Shown here piece by piece: positions 49,864-64,000 of a stretch of 64,000 bases of DNA. The DNA is from Pseudovirgaria hyperparasitica (taxonomy: Eukaryota), in the NCBI GenBank assembly GCA_010093815.1, contig ML996565.1. The stretch is one strand, 5' to 3'. Below the pieces are notes generated by a model. That model was not told the origin of the DNA, did not search any database, and saw only the letters and a program-made list of their open reading frames with translations. The stretch's first letter is position 1, and each line of letters begins with the position of its first letter. The position numbers were made by a program, and so were the translations under genes.

Positions 49864-51711
49864 CTATGCTCTTGCAGGCCTCTTCAACGGATGAGCTTCT
49901 GTGTTTAACACCCAATCGTCCAAGCTCACCAAATTTGGCTCGCTAAAAATCAGATAGAAATACTTCAATGTCTCTGCCATCCAGAAGCTCTCACATTCAT
50001 TCAATTGCTGCGAGTTCTCGTCTCTGACGTCCTGGATGCCTGCTGCCCCAATATCTGTGGCAGTGTGCTCCTTGACCGCGCTGAACATCTCCCACGCCTC
50101 ATCGGCATATTTCTGGTCACCCGTGATGCGATATAAGATGAAGACGCTCTCAATAGCCTCCGGACGAAGCATATATCGCGCATCCTTGACGGACGAGAAG
50201 CCTGGTGGCAGTTTCTTCTCCGATATGACTTTTTGCGCATTGACTCGGAAGTCCTTGCTGGGTCGCTCGGATGAAGGCGCCAGGCTAAGGATCTCCTTAT
50301 ACCAAGCGTCCTGGTCCCATTCGCATGCCTCGTCGGCTTTGCTGCATGGTACGGCGTGAAAGATCTCGGGCATGATGCCCGTCGGCATGCTCTTGTAAGC
50401 CCATACGCAGCCATCTGTTAGTTGACGCGCGATGCGTATATCCTCCGGGCGTGAGAATAGTTTTGCGGCAATACCGACCATGCCACCGACGAAGCATGTC
50501 AGATGCTGGCCCTCTGGTGTAAGATCAACCGAATTGACGGCGTTGGCGTGTGTGCTACCAGATATAAGGATATCGGCATTAGATGGTGTCATAGGGCGGA
50601 AGAACAGCTGAGCTTTGGCAACTTCAATGGCAGTTTCATACATCGACTGATATTGAGGTGTAAGACCACTCAGTAGCATGTGCTGTTTAGGGAAGTACTC
50701 ATACAGCGAGTCGGCCATTGCACCGAGGGTGAATGTTCGATCTACAGTAAATATTTCTCTCTGGCTATTGACGCTTAGCGGCCACATACCGGGGAGCTTC
50801 GTACTGTTCTGGTTCTTCTCTAATACGTCCGTAATCCGTTGAATTGCATCATAATAACGTAGGTCGCCTGTAAGCTGGGACAGACGTGTGAATTCGAGAC
50901 TGAGTGATCCCAACTCTGCAGTGACGACGTTCATACTCGCCTCGTGAATTGCCTCAGGATTGAAGGCTGAACTGGCAGTATTTAGCATCCGATTTTAGTC
51001 TAAGATATATAAATCTTACGTCTGCCAATGAAATCTGGACATTGGAAGCCTATTCGGTGTATCGAAAGCCGCGTAGAGCATTTCGCCCAATTCAACAGCC
51101 TTTTTAAGCAATATCGGATGCTTCCCATTGGACAGATCGTGAGCACTCAGCAAGCCGCCCAAGTGTCGTATCGTCGTCTCGAATACATTGATAGTATTTT
51201 GCTTCGACGTTGTATAATCAATATTCTTCAGTGCAACAACACCGTGCACAAACTCCTTCTCCATGCCCATAATCAGTAGCGTATCCAGGTTGTCAACCAA
51301 TGTTGCGGCCCAGCCGCCATACTTGTTGTTGTACGATCCTGTGACTGGAGCCACTTCATCCTGTAGCCATGCATGCTTCTTATAACCTCTCCAGGCTTTC
51401 ATGAAAGTGTCTTTCACGTCTTTCTGTCGAGCGAGACGCTTTTTCTTTGATTCTGTAGTCTCCTCTTGAAAATCGAATTGAATCTTGGGTATCTCAATGG
51501 GTGCACCAGTAGGAAGGGAAACGTAGGAAGACAGAGGGTATTTCTCGGGGATGTCTTTCCAAGAAACGTGGGTCGCGGTTGGGTTGGTAGATGTTTCGTC
51601 GAGATTCGACGGGCCCAAGAAGTCGTTATTGTCAGCGAAACTATATAGGAAGAATACTATGCCGGTCGAAAGCGCGATGAGGGAGATCCATCGTCGTATC
51701 AGAGGATTCAT
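49864..51711 (-). CDS. Class I alpha-1,2-mannosidase (GH47), type II membrane anchor; intron 51019-50972
   Basis: Motifs GGWAATLVD, VFETTIRHLGGLLSA, AELGSLSLEFTRLSQ, GAMADSLYEY, HLTCFVGG, LRPEAIES, ESFWMAETLKY and NTEAHP. Confidence 0.95.
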
Positions 51712-53831
51712 GATATATCAATAGATCAAGTCGAGTATGAAGCGATTATATTGGTATCATTGGGACCGTGAACGCAAGGCTGAGCTGTGCTTGCGATGAC
51801 TCGGAAGAAAATGAGACGCTAGTGATTTCGCTTCATTCAGAAATTAAAGGAATGCGGCAACATGGGAACGACTAGAAGAGGTCTAAAGAAGAAAGAGTAG
51901 GGAATGGTATTTATAAAGAACTTTGTTGAGAGAATCCTGACGGACGGGAACATCTATTTGAGGATCGTCAGGAGCCTAACGCCAGCTAAGCTTGAGTGGG
52001 GCACACCCGCGCGCAAGATTCATCCCCGCCAAGCCCCACGCCGCATTCATTCCCCACAAGAACTATTTAAAGATTGACATCTATTAGCGTAACGGCGTGA
52101 AGGTTAGAAGACATGATGCTATATCATCATCCCAAGTGGCGTATGTTCGAAGAATCTGAGGCAGATTTCTAGAATTGAGCATGACACTGGACAAATATGT
52201 CGAAATTTGGCTGTCAGATAAGGAGCCATATAGAACTAACGTGTTCACTCTTGGCCCTTGTTTCATAGAAGTCTCCACTAGCTTTGGAGTAAGGGGTTCA
52301 ATTATACAGCCCTACTGCGGTCGTGTTTAAAATGGTTAGTGTAGACAACTTATTTGGTATGAATAGAAGTTAACCTCATACTTCCGCACCGCAACTCAAA
52401 TCAGACTGAACCCCGATTCAGACTGCCATGCAGTTAATAGAGTCGAGTAATCTCATACTCAGACAGTAACAGACCGCCGTCACCAAGTCTATAGGAGATA
52501 TAGCGCGGGGACAGAACTATCTATTAGATAACTCGTCCCTGGTGTGAATTTAGTAGGTATGAAAGTTTTTTCGCTAAAGCATTGACCATTTATCAATGTG
52601 AGGTAAGCGTATTGAATGGTGTAGGAACTACATGCTTATGAGGTTTTCGTAGTCTACTATACGCAGTTGGACCCGAACCTTTCTCCAGATCAGTGTAGTA
52701 GTCTTCCATAGCTTCATATAGTACACCCTGGGTTTGTAGTTGCCGTTATAGACATGCGTAAACAGGTTTTGATAGCAGATATGGAAACACTATATAGCAC
52801 ATCTATAGCACATGGGCAAAGAAAACGAGCAGTCCTCTAATATCCTTAATGGTCGCATGAAAGCTGAAACAAAGAATACAAGAGAAGGACTTTGAACACT
52901 TCGGCTCCGATTAGTCACTCACACTGCGTGTCGAAAGTTGTAGTCTGCCGGGACGCCCTACGGAATTTCGAGGTCACTGTTATGCAGTACAACTTCATGA
53001 GCTCCTAAAAAGCAGTCTAGCCACTTTTAACATGATATTGCTATGCCTGATCTCATGATCATGATAGGCGAAACATTCTCAACGGCAGAAACGCCTCATT
53101 CGCTGACGGATCTTACAGCTGACAATGTTTGAACGTCCGGAAATAACTGATGTCCTACCTAGATATTCTTGTGGTGACAGAGAAGCACCCAGAGTGAATC
53201 TAGGACCGACTGTGACCGTAGGAATTAGTCCCATCTCGCTGATTTTGAACACAGCGCAGTGATTCTAGGCCTATCTCTTGCACAGAAAGCGACAATATTC
53301 CAAAGTAACAGCAATTTGTGCATTCCTCGACTCAGCACTCGGATTCACTTCTAGTAAAGCTCTATGTAGTATTGCCTTGGGAGATATGCAAGCGTGAATG
53401 AACGGTCGGGATTCCATAAGATAGACAAGACGACAGCATTCACAGATATTCAGAATGGAAGAATGAATCAATAGGAAAAAAGAACAAGAGATAAAACGCT
53501 TGTAGCCAATGAAATGATTAGTAAGTGAAACAATTAATTATGTTTAGCTCCCTATAGCCTAGAATGACCTCACTGGTCATACGTTGGCGAAGCTAGTCCG
53601 GTTTTAACCAAGCCCAAAGCGCATTCTTCTTTGCCGTAGCTACCGACACTTATCAGTTAGATCCGGTTCTAATGCTTTATAGGACTGGGAACTTGTAGAA
53701 CCTGTTGAAGTACTTCCTCCTAATTAATAAGCCTACCTAGGCCTTGAATACACGTCAATTGCATGCCCCACCATACGAAGAGCGCATGACCGTTGTCGGA
53801 GTAGCTAGTAGAAGATACTTGAGCTACCATC

Positions 53832-55102
53832 ATGAAGACATCACAGCCAAGACTAAGCATAAGAGGAGCTATTGGACTGGGCTACGCGGCAGTATGCGCA
53901 AGTAAGTATCTCGAAGGACTCCTGACCGCCCAATCACTGATGAATCAAGTAGTCGTTACAGGATTGTCATATGCCACCTGGATCCCATTTGAGAATGTGT
54001 CTAGACGGCCTAAAAGCACATACAAGTACATCATGTTTGGTTTAGGCAGAGCGTTCATGCGCAATCTCAGCCGAGAGCACGAAGTGTGAGGGCCTCGAGA
54101 CCATTTCTGTTCGTATCGTAGAAACGCCAAGCTGATATCACGTAGGTGGGCTATGCCTACAACCGACAGTGCCTACGAGACGTGGTGCAAGAAGAATGCT
54201 ATTGTGCCGCGATCGGACGTGCTCCCGGATGGTACAAAGGCGCATTGGCTCGGCTCCAAAGATGCCGATACAGTAATGCTGTTTTTCCCAGGAGGTAAGA
54301 CGTCCGAAGTGCGTAAATACCTGTGTCGCTCATAAATATCTTAGGCGGATACAACCACCCGATGACGACCGAGCATGTCTCCTTTCTGAATGAGCATCTC
54401 ACACAGATCAACGCAAAGGCACCATCTCCAAGCAGACCCATTCTTTCTGTTCTTATCTTATCTTATTCTCTCGCCCCCGAGCACCCGTACCCGCGCCAAC
54501 TCATACAAGCAACGGATATTCTCCATCATACATTGTCGATACTTGAACTACCACCCTCGCGACTGATTCTCTGTGGCGATTCTGCTGGAGGAGGTCTTAT
54601 ATTCTGTTTATTGTCCCATCTCCTGCATCCTCATCCATCGAACTGCGTGCCGCGCCCACCGAAACTGAATGTTCCCTTTAAGGGTGTCGCATTGCTGAGC
54701 CCCTGGGTGAACTTAGCCACGACATCAGATAGCATGAGGCGTAATGCGCGGAAAGACGGGATCGAGGATATCAGTCTGGCGCGCTGGGGAGATGCATTCC
54801 TCGGAGGCAAGGAACGAGATGCATGGAACTGTCCTTCCGTGGCAGAGTCCGGATGGTGGAAGTCACTGAGTGCTATCGCACGTAATGTGTTTATTGTTGT
54901 CGGTGGCGATGAAGTCATGCTAGACGATATTAACGACATGTCAGCAGTGTTGGAATCCGAATGCGGAGACATAATACAGAGCGTGGTGATTCCCGATGAG
55001 TGCCATAACAGTCCGTTGGTCGAGAAGCAGTTTTTGAGATTTGATGATGTGGCTATGGATACGGAATATCAAATGTGGCTAGAACGGTTGCTTTGGACCT
55101 AG
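53832..55102 (+). CDS. Alpha/beta hydrolase of the hormone-sensitive lipase type (Say1/Mug180-like), 4 exons
   Basis: Motifs YSLAPEHPYPRQL, nucleophile GDSAGG, LLSPWV, GGDEVMLDD and catalytic His in ECH. The oxyanion loop is spliced as FPGGGY. Confidence 0.85.
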
Positions 55103-55590
55103 TTAACGTTACTGTTGATTTTATCAAGGTTATCACAGCTGTTGACGAGTCGAAAAAGGAAAAAGTATGCGACATTCATGCGAGATCTCTTGGGCTCCTT
55201 GAACAAAGACACCATAGCTACGTCGGAACGATGCTTCTCACATGTAGATCGACAAGGATCAGAACGTGCTCATTGCTCTTGTTGAATATCTTCGGACAAC
55301 AGTGATACATGAGTCATTTCGGTCACGAAGCTATGTGAAGTTCGTAAATTCCGGGTGACCTTCGAATCACCGGGTGGACATACTATTACGCGGCGTGCGT
55401 CAGAGCCGTGTATCAGTCCTGGGCCTGCGTCGGGGACTGCATTCTGTATCTGCTTCGTGGCTTTCGTCCATGGCGTGATGCTGTAGATACAAGACGTCTA
55501 TTTGAGCTCTTTCTAAGGGATATTTTATTGACGTATTTAGTCGGCAACAGTGCTTTGTTTCGGTGTTGTAATCTTGCACTTGAAGCAACA

Positions 55591-57682
55591 TCACTTGTTC
55601 TCGAAGTATTCCTCGATACGTTCAATCAGATCGGCTTTTTTGCCGTCTATTGGGATGTGCTTGCTGCTAGCCCATTCTTTCAATATTGGCACAGTGAGCT
55701 ATAGGTGTATGAGTCAATGTCGAAACAGTTTCGGGGTCAAACCTACCTTTGATATACTCTTCTCTGCATACCGCTTCTTCATATCATTATCAGTCATAGA
55801 CCCACTGTCAGTTTTGACAGCCTTTAGTCTCTTAGTGGGTGCACTATCTGGATCTTCGCTGCCTCGCTTAATACCTTTAACTGGAGGTCTCAGGCTAGAT
55901 AGCTTTTGAGCAGTTTGCTCCAGCTCATTCCCCCATGTAACCACATATGAACCAGCACGCTTGTCAATCTGCCTGTATTTCGGAATCGTCTTATCCTCAG
56001 CCTTATCTGGAACATCCTCATCGAGAGCAATAGCCTGCAAGATGCGGTAGAACCACTGCAGCGATGGATTAGGATACTTAATGGGATCATAGACTGCCTT
56101 TGGAAGTTGAAGCTGCTGTATTACAATTCTCATCATATCAGTAAGAGTGTCTGTTGTGCGAGTTAAAATGATCTCTGGCTTCTGTCGGATGTCGTCCGCA
56201 AAAGGAAGTTGGACGATCCATAAGCCTGGAGGGATGACCTGATCACCATCGTCACCGAGTTTCTCTTCACCGGGCACAAGAGCGGCAAGCGTAGGCGTCG
56301 CATTTCTGCGAGGAATAAACCATGCCAGGCCAATCTTGTCGTCCTGGAGAAGCTTCTGTTGCAGAGCAGAGAAGACTCGGGTCGAGCCAATGAAATCTGT
56401 CTCGGACGGATATATAAAGTACGCAGGACGAGTGTTTGCCCAGACGGGCAGAAGAGACGCTGGCTTGAAGCCGATGATGCGTAGAGTTGGATCGCCAAAG
56501 CTGCGGATCTGGGTGATTTCTTCTGGTGTAAACGAGATCGTCTCACCGCCAAACTTATAGGCTTTCCTGACCTCACTCTTCTCGACCGTTTTAGCCGTAT
56601 CTTCAGCCAGCTGTGTCGTGGAGCTGATGGCGAGCTGAGGCTTCTCCCCACCAACCCACACGTAGCATGTACGCACTGGCTCCTGTCTTTTCACGAGGAT
56701 GTAGCCTTTGACTCCGATTTTGAGCCCAGGGGCTATCTCAAGGGGTAAGCTGAAAGCAGCACGTCGGGGAGCAGCTTTCGAATTGACAGAAGACAACAGT
56801 GACTGTAGAAGAGAAATACCGTCTCCACTTGAAGAGACTTTTGCTGCCGTAGATACTGGTGCAGGCGCGTCTGGTTCGCCTGTCGATGAGCGGTAAACGA
56901 TATCCTGAGTTTGTCAGTGAAGACAATGAGGACGGAATATTTTGCTCACATCATAGAAGCGAGATCGATCAAAACCATGTCCAGGCTTTGCTATGGGAAA
57001 AAGCTCGATGACAACTCCTAGATCGTAAAGATCCTTGGCTCTGACAGCCGCTGCTGACTTTGAGTCTTTATCATTTTCGTGTGGGTCGTCATTATCTGAT
57101 ACAAGGAAAAGTCTCCTGGATGAGAAGTTGGGTGCTTTGGTCGTAAAAATTTGATTTGCGCAGAACAATACGTTTGCCATAGAGACAGCGTCGGTTGTGG
57201 GCCGTAGTAATTTCGACGATTCAAAGTCGTCCTCAACCAAATTCCTTAGTCTTTTGACGTCCTCAGCGGACGGTACATCGAGGTCGGATACCAGGTAACA
57301 GTTAGGGTAGCTCATGCCCGTACCTGAACCATCTTCGCCCCCGTGCAATTTCGACTTCTCAGTACCAAACAACAGTATTCCCATCATGTCGTTTGGATTT
57401 GATATGATTCGTTGCTGCATTAATTGATATGCGCATTTGAGGGCAGCGGAAGTCGGCGAGTCTCGGTCGGCTTTCTTGCCATCTGTAGGGGTAGGTTTCT
57501 GAAGCATGGTCTTGCTCACATCTATGGCGAAGAGAACAGCATCTTTTACAGTCTTATAGCCCTGCTTATTGTCAGCTGCGTGTCTTAAGGCAGCATGATA
57601 GGCGACTTACAGACTCGTCGACTTCTTCCTCTTCCTCTTGTGCCTCATCGGCGTTGCGGCGCCATGATTCCCCTTCCGACAT
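55591..57682 (-). CDS. KU70: NHEJ DNA end-binding subunit Ku70, 4 exons
   Basis: Exon 1 [17 protein letters not shown]; vWA domain ([18 protein letters not shown]); Ku core ([30 protein letters not shown]); C-terminal SAP exon [26 protein letters not shown]. Confidence 0.96.
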
Positions 57683-57897
57683 TGCGCAGAGTCAGGAAAT
57701 CAGAAGCCTAGTCTCATAGACAGTCTATTAGGTCCCGGAGACAATAATATATGGAAATGATGCATCAACGTCGAGTGTTGCAGGACAGGCGCATTTACAT
57801 ATCTGAACATGGTGGGGCGCGAACTTTAGGCAAACGCGTCGAAGCAACCCCGGATTTCAGACTTGGAGTACGCGAACTCACGTGCACAGAAATCTTT

Positions 57898-57917
57898 AAT
57901 AATACGCCACTGATTGG
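57898..57917 (-). promoter_or_regulatory. CCAAT box fitting the bipartite CBC:HapX motif CSAAT-N12-RWT, upstream of ferrochelatase
   Basis: The minus strand reads CCAAT-cagtggcgtatt-ATT with strong flanks (CAGCCAATCA), 200 nt upstream of the ferrochelatase ATG. Confidence 0.55.
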
Positions 57918-58117
57918 CTGTTCCCGAGGTCAAAGCACTGGAAATGATGACGATCTCTTCGCAGCTAAACGCTACCAGTTGTCTAGCCAGATATCACGAC
58001 ACGATTTCTACTCATTTCCGCCCCCTCGATGTATGCATTCTGAGCTGATTCCTTTTCAATCGAAACCTGCGCTTTCTGTTGTCTCGTCGCGCATTACGTT
58101 CGGTCACCGTGGGCATC

Positions 58118-59458
<1,341 letters not shown>

Positions 59459-60144
59459 TATCCAATTAGAAATATAGATATTGTATTATAGCTTTACATA
59501 ATTTCCCTACACGTAATACCACAAAGTGCGGATATCTTCGAATCGAACAACGGTAGGCCTACGACTGGTAGGCTAGATAAGTAGCATGGATGTAAATGTA
59601 ATAATAACTTTTTTCGGTTCATGCCTTTCTCTCCGATGCATCGAGCTCCTATGATGGTTGATATTTATGGTGAGCGGAGACTAATCCTTTTCGGGCTCAT
59701 CCGTATGCATGCTGTGCCCTGATCCATATGTATCTCTGACGTCAGCTTCCTCGGTAACCAGGCACCGCAAGTCTTGCTGCTTCAGCACTATCAAGCATCT
59801 CTATGGGCCAAGGACCAAATATAGATGATACAAGGACCCGCCGAGCGTCAGCCTCTGAATGAACCGCCTGGTCACTCCATCTGTCGGAACTTGACAAGTC
59901 CGACGCTACCAGCATTATTACCAATCCGGATGTCAAAGTAGTTACGTCGACGACCTACGCCGCCACCAATCAACAAGCTTTCAGCTCGCGCTCACCCTCA
60001 ATTATGGCAGACCTGTTTGCGACTTGTGTAGACTGATCATTGTCCCATGGGCCGAGTCAACGACGATATATCACAATAGCTGTGATTGCGTAGCCTGTCC
60101 AACGAACTTGCCAACGCAGCGCGTACGATCTGACCCTATCAGTC

Positions 60145-62148
60145 ATGCAGAACGACTCCATATTCGAAGCAGAGGCGGACTTGGATAACACGAGACTTCC
60201 ATGGTCCAACGGAAATACAGAGCAGACGACTGACCCTCACAATCAAGGGAGAGATGACACAATTGCTGCAGTAGGAGGATACGATGGCGCACTCGTAGGA
60301 AGAGATGTTAACGAGAATGCGCCGCTTCTAAGAACGGGCTTTGAAGCTAGTGATGACGGCAATAGTCCAGACGACGAAGCCAGCTTCGTAGACTTGGAGT
60401 TTGGCTCTCTTCCATGGTACAAGAAGCCCTCGGTGAGACCCAACAACCGCTCTGGCTTCCAACCAAAGCTAAATCGGATAGATTATATGGCTCCTTCCTT
60501 CTTTCGGCGTCCTTGCCCTGGCCTACGGGGGAACCATAGTCCCCAAGCTCAATTTGATACTGCAGCTGATATGCCGGGATTACATGGCAGATAAAGCCGC
60601 GCGTGACCCGACCTTCACGTATCTTCCTGTAGTGTTCGTGTTCGGAGGAGAAAATCCACAATGTCAACGTCCGGAAGTCTCGGCCGCGGGAGCTCGGTTC
60701 ACGCTCTATATGCAGCTCATATCCGGCTTTCTATCAGCCATCACCAGCCCGAAACTGGGAGCGCTGTCGGATAGATATGGTCGACGGAAGCTAATTGCTT
60801 TATGCAGCACGGGTATGGTCTTCAACGAGTTGATTACGATTGTAGTGGCCAAGTTTCCGGACACGTTCTCCGTCAATTGGATGCTCTTGGGCTTTGCAGT
60901 AGATGGTATTAGTGGATCCTTTACATGTGCTCTGGCACTAATCCACTCATACGCTACGGACTGCACGAAGCCCTCGAAGAGAAGTACTGCTTTTGGCTAT
61001 TTCCATGCATGCTTGTTTGCTGGGTATGTTTCTGCGCTTGAGTGTCATGCTCTATGCTAATCAATCTAGCATCGCTCTTGGTCCCATTCTCGCGGCGTAT
61101 GTTATCAAAGCGACCGGAGATCGAGTGTCGATATTTATAATGGCACTTTCGGTCCATTGTGTCTTCATTTTATTCACTGTATTCATTCTCCCCGAATCAC
61201 TCTCCAAATCAAGGCAGCGAATCGCCCGCGAGAAGTATAGTGTCGAACAAGAACAATATGGCGTGGCCTACGGTATTGCTGCAGATTGGTTCAAGCATCT
61301 GAGAGTTTTCACAAACATGCTACAACCCCTCAGAATCTTATATCCCAGAGGACTGGGTAGCAGTCCACAACTCCGTCGAAACCTCGTGCTGTTGTCTGCC
61401 ATCGATACTATTGTATTTGGTGTTGCGATGAGTATGATGTCCGTCCTGGTCCTTTATATCAACATGAAATTCGGATGGGGCGATGTTGAGGGCAGTAAGT
61501 TCGTGTCTGTGGTCAACATCTTCCGAGTCGCTGCACTCCTCATCATCCTGCCAGCGCTCACATGGTGTTTTCGCGGACGACGGCGTTCACAACAGGCTGA
61601 GACCAAGCACGGTGCAGATACGTTGGACTTGTACATCATCCGACTCGGGGTCCTCTTAGACGGGCTAGGTCTCCTTGGGTACGCCTTAGCACCAACTGGA
61701 GCCGTGTTTGTTCTGTCTGGTATCGTTGCATCGATGGGAGGAGTGGCATCTCCAACCTTGCAATCGGCTCTGACGAAGCATGTTCCCCCGGAGAGGACAG
61801 GGCAGCTACTGGGAGCCACCGGACTACTCCATGCTCTAGTAAGCTACTGCCCATCATTACATTGACCGTCTTCTGATCCCTGTACAGGCGCGTGTAGGAG
61901 GTCCTTTAGTCTTCAATGGGCTATATTCTCTGACTGTTAGGAAGTACGCGCCAGCTACCTTTCTGGCTTTGTCTGGTGTATTTGGTCTTGCATTCTTGGG
62001 AAGTTGGTTTGTGAGACCATACGGTGAATAATCAATCTTCTTATACACTGTGAACGGTACTAATTCATGAATAGTTGTGTTCGAGGAGCCTGATATTGAT
62101 GTACATTCATCACAAGATGCTAGGGCTGCACATAGGCACGGAGATTGA
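60145..62148 (+). CDS. MFS transporter (SLC46/tetracycline-efflux-like), 5 exons, with an N-terminal acidic dileucine signal
   Basis: Motif A GALSDRYGRR, plus SYATD, GPILAAY, SPTLQSALTKHVP and GQLLGA. ENAPLL fits [DE]xxxL[LI]. Four introns join the frames to TGA at 62148. Confidence 0.9.
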
Positions 62149-64000
62149 TCAAGCCGCTATCGAAAGGCTTTAAGAGATCTAGAATAGTGCCTAAATCGGA
62201 CAGTATATAAGGAGTCATCTGTGCACTCCGTCATTCGTCTTACCGTAGTCTCATGATGCATCTATACACCCCTACGGCCATCAAGTTGCTGAGGCTCGAT
62301 ACAGATATGCTTCGCGATCATGGAGGAAGAGTTACTGCTCTTGATACCTCATAGTCTGATCTCCGTCATTCTCTCATCTGTTTGGAACTAGGGCAAATTC
62401 GTGCGAACCAGTAACTGTTCAATCGTTCTTTTCACCTGCACGAGCAACACGTGAGATCAAACAGCGTAAGATGTTGGACTGCCCAGTCTTGCAAGAACAC
62501 TCGCTGTCGGTCTTCCAGGATATCTACAAACTCGGCTCTCACAGGATTCACATCCTGGCGGTCTTCCATCGAAGGTAATACGCGTGTAGAATTAGTACCG
62601 ACGTATTTCAAAGGCTAGACTGTGCTGTCATCAGGCCAGATTACAGATTTGGCCGCGATCAAGGCACATTTTTCTTGGTTAGTACAGACGTATACTCGAC
62701 AATACCAATTTTCAACACCAATGTCGTTCTACGAGCCTGAGATGTCTTAACATGCGAAACCACTCATCATCTCTACAACACGTATGTGCTGTCCATTGTC
62801 GTTGTACTCCACGTATATCATTACACTTGGCTGGAGCTAGCCTATATCTCACTCTTCTCTTACGTGCAAGCGTGTGTATGCTTACGACGACATCGGACCG
62901 ATCGTTGGACTCTGCATTAAATTTCCTGCCCGCAAATTCCTACCATCCCTTTAGCGCCAGCCCGATCGGAGACTCTACAGCAACTCCGCAATCAGAAGAC
63001 TATGATCAAACTCACGCATCATCCATGCCAGACTACTACATCAGCCTTACCTCAAGATGTTGAAAAAGGCAGTATTTTCCAATGAATGCATCTATCTGCC
63101 GCGTTGCCTGTTCCCGTCTGAGCGCACCACCGCAACGAGGCCTCCTCACTTCGCTCAAGTCTCACCGCTGACATCAAAGCTTTACTTCCTGCTCCGTACC
63201 AAATCGCAGCAGTTTGCTTCCTTGACAAAATATGTCGCCGCCCAGATGACCCGTCGGCACCCCGTCGGCAAGGCTTATTAGCATGCTCACCGGTTCCCGC
63301 CGTCTGCGGCTGAAAAGTGCAAATCTTATCAACGAAAGCCTCCTCTATACCGACGACCCCACCGGCGTGCGTGCGTTTTTTATTTTGCACGTACTGTAGA
63401 ACCCCCGGGGCCGCTCGGAGAAAAGAAGTCTTCTAAGCATGTTGGCATGGATTTTAGATGCGATAGCATGCAATGTCCTTTTCTGTTGTGTGTGTTGTGC
63501 GCACGGCAAAACTTGCCTCCGCAGGTCGACGGACAGACATTCATCCCGTCCTTTGTTCTATGTATGGATTGCCATCAAATGCGCCCTTTCTCTCGTATCG
63601 CGCTGCTCTATCGCATCTTTTTCCAACTGGGGTTCGCGTGTTCTTTCTTCCATACGCTCTCCGATGCCTTGTCTCACAATTACTTGGTTCGACGCCAGAA
63701 TTCTAGGGACGCCTTGCTTGACCTCTTCGCGATACTCATGATGGTCGTGGTGCACTGGACGCCCCTCAGAGGGCGTCGCTTGATGACCTTGTGACTTATG
63801 CCCCTGACTTGAGCATTGGGGAAGCTCACGACCAGAGCACGATATGGAGCAATTGACATGCTTTGGTTCGTCACACTTGGCTTGGTGTAATGATATGATG
63901 GGATCGCATGATGTTGCTCAAACTACGGTCGGTCTTCCGTGCCGGTCATGCGCACACACACACACATGAGTTTATTCGGGTGCGTTGCGCCAAATTCGCA

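Noticed and set aside
51934..51973. Inverted repeat TCCTGACG..CGTCAGGA upstream of the GH47 gene
   Set aside because: Only 8-bp arms, with no TSD or second copy; compatible with chance.
63758..63807. Hairpin GACGCCC..GGGCGTC followed by TGATGA..CTGA as a box C/D snoRNA
   Set aside because: No terminal stem or convincing rRNA-complementary guide identified; it would need snoscan/Infernal.
62750..64000. Short ORFs at the right end of the window
   Set aside because: Multiple overlapping frames with no coherent product or splice model.

Overview
Eukaryotic, intron-containing DNA from a filamentous ascomycete (Pezizomycotina; inferred from short GT-AG introns with CTRAC branch points, an ApsA/Num1 gene, a PTH11-like receptor and a RIP-type AT island). 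About 18 protein genes are supportable. Conserved ones: PSY2 (partial), TRM732/THADA, MED20, MTG1, a Bor1-type anion transporter, a PTH11-like receptor, VPS34, NSE4, apsA/NUM1, a GH47 mannosidase, a Say1-like lipase, KU70, ferrochelatase and a probably vacuolar MFS transporter. An accessory-looking block at about 6.9-22 kb holds two proteins I cannot assign, a RIP-mutated relic and an F-box/LRR-like gene. The most intriguing item is a stand-alone secreted precursor (45617-46195). It is built from Kex2-delimited His/Gly/Pro-rich repeats, so each released peptide would begin with an N-terminal histidine, making it a candidate metal-chelating peptide system. No tRNA, rRNA, CRISPR array or intact transposon was recognised. 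All assignments come from motif recognition by eye; no database searches were run.
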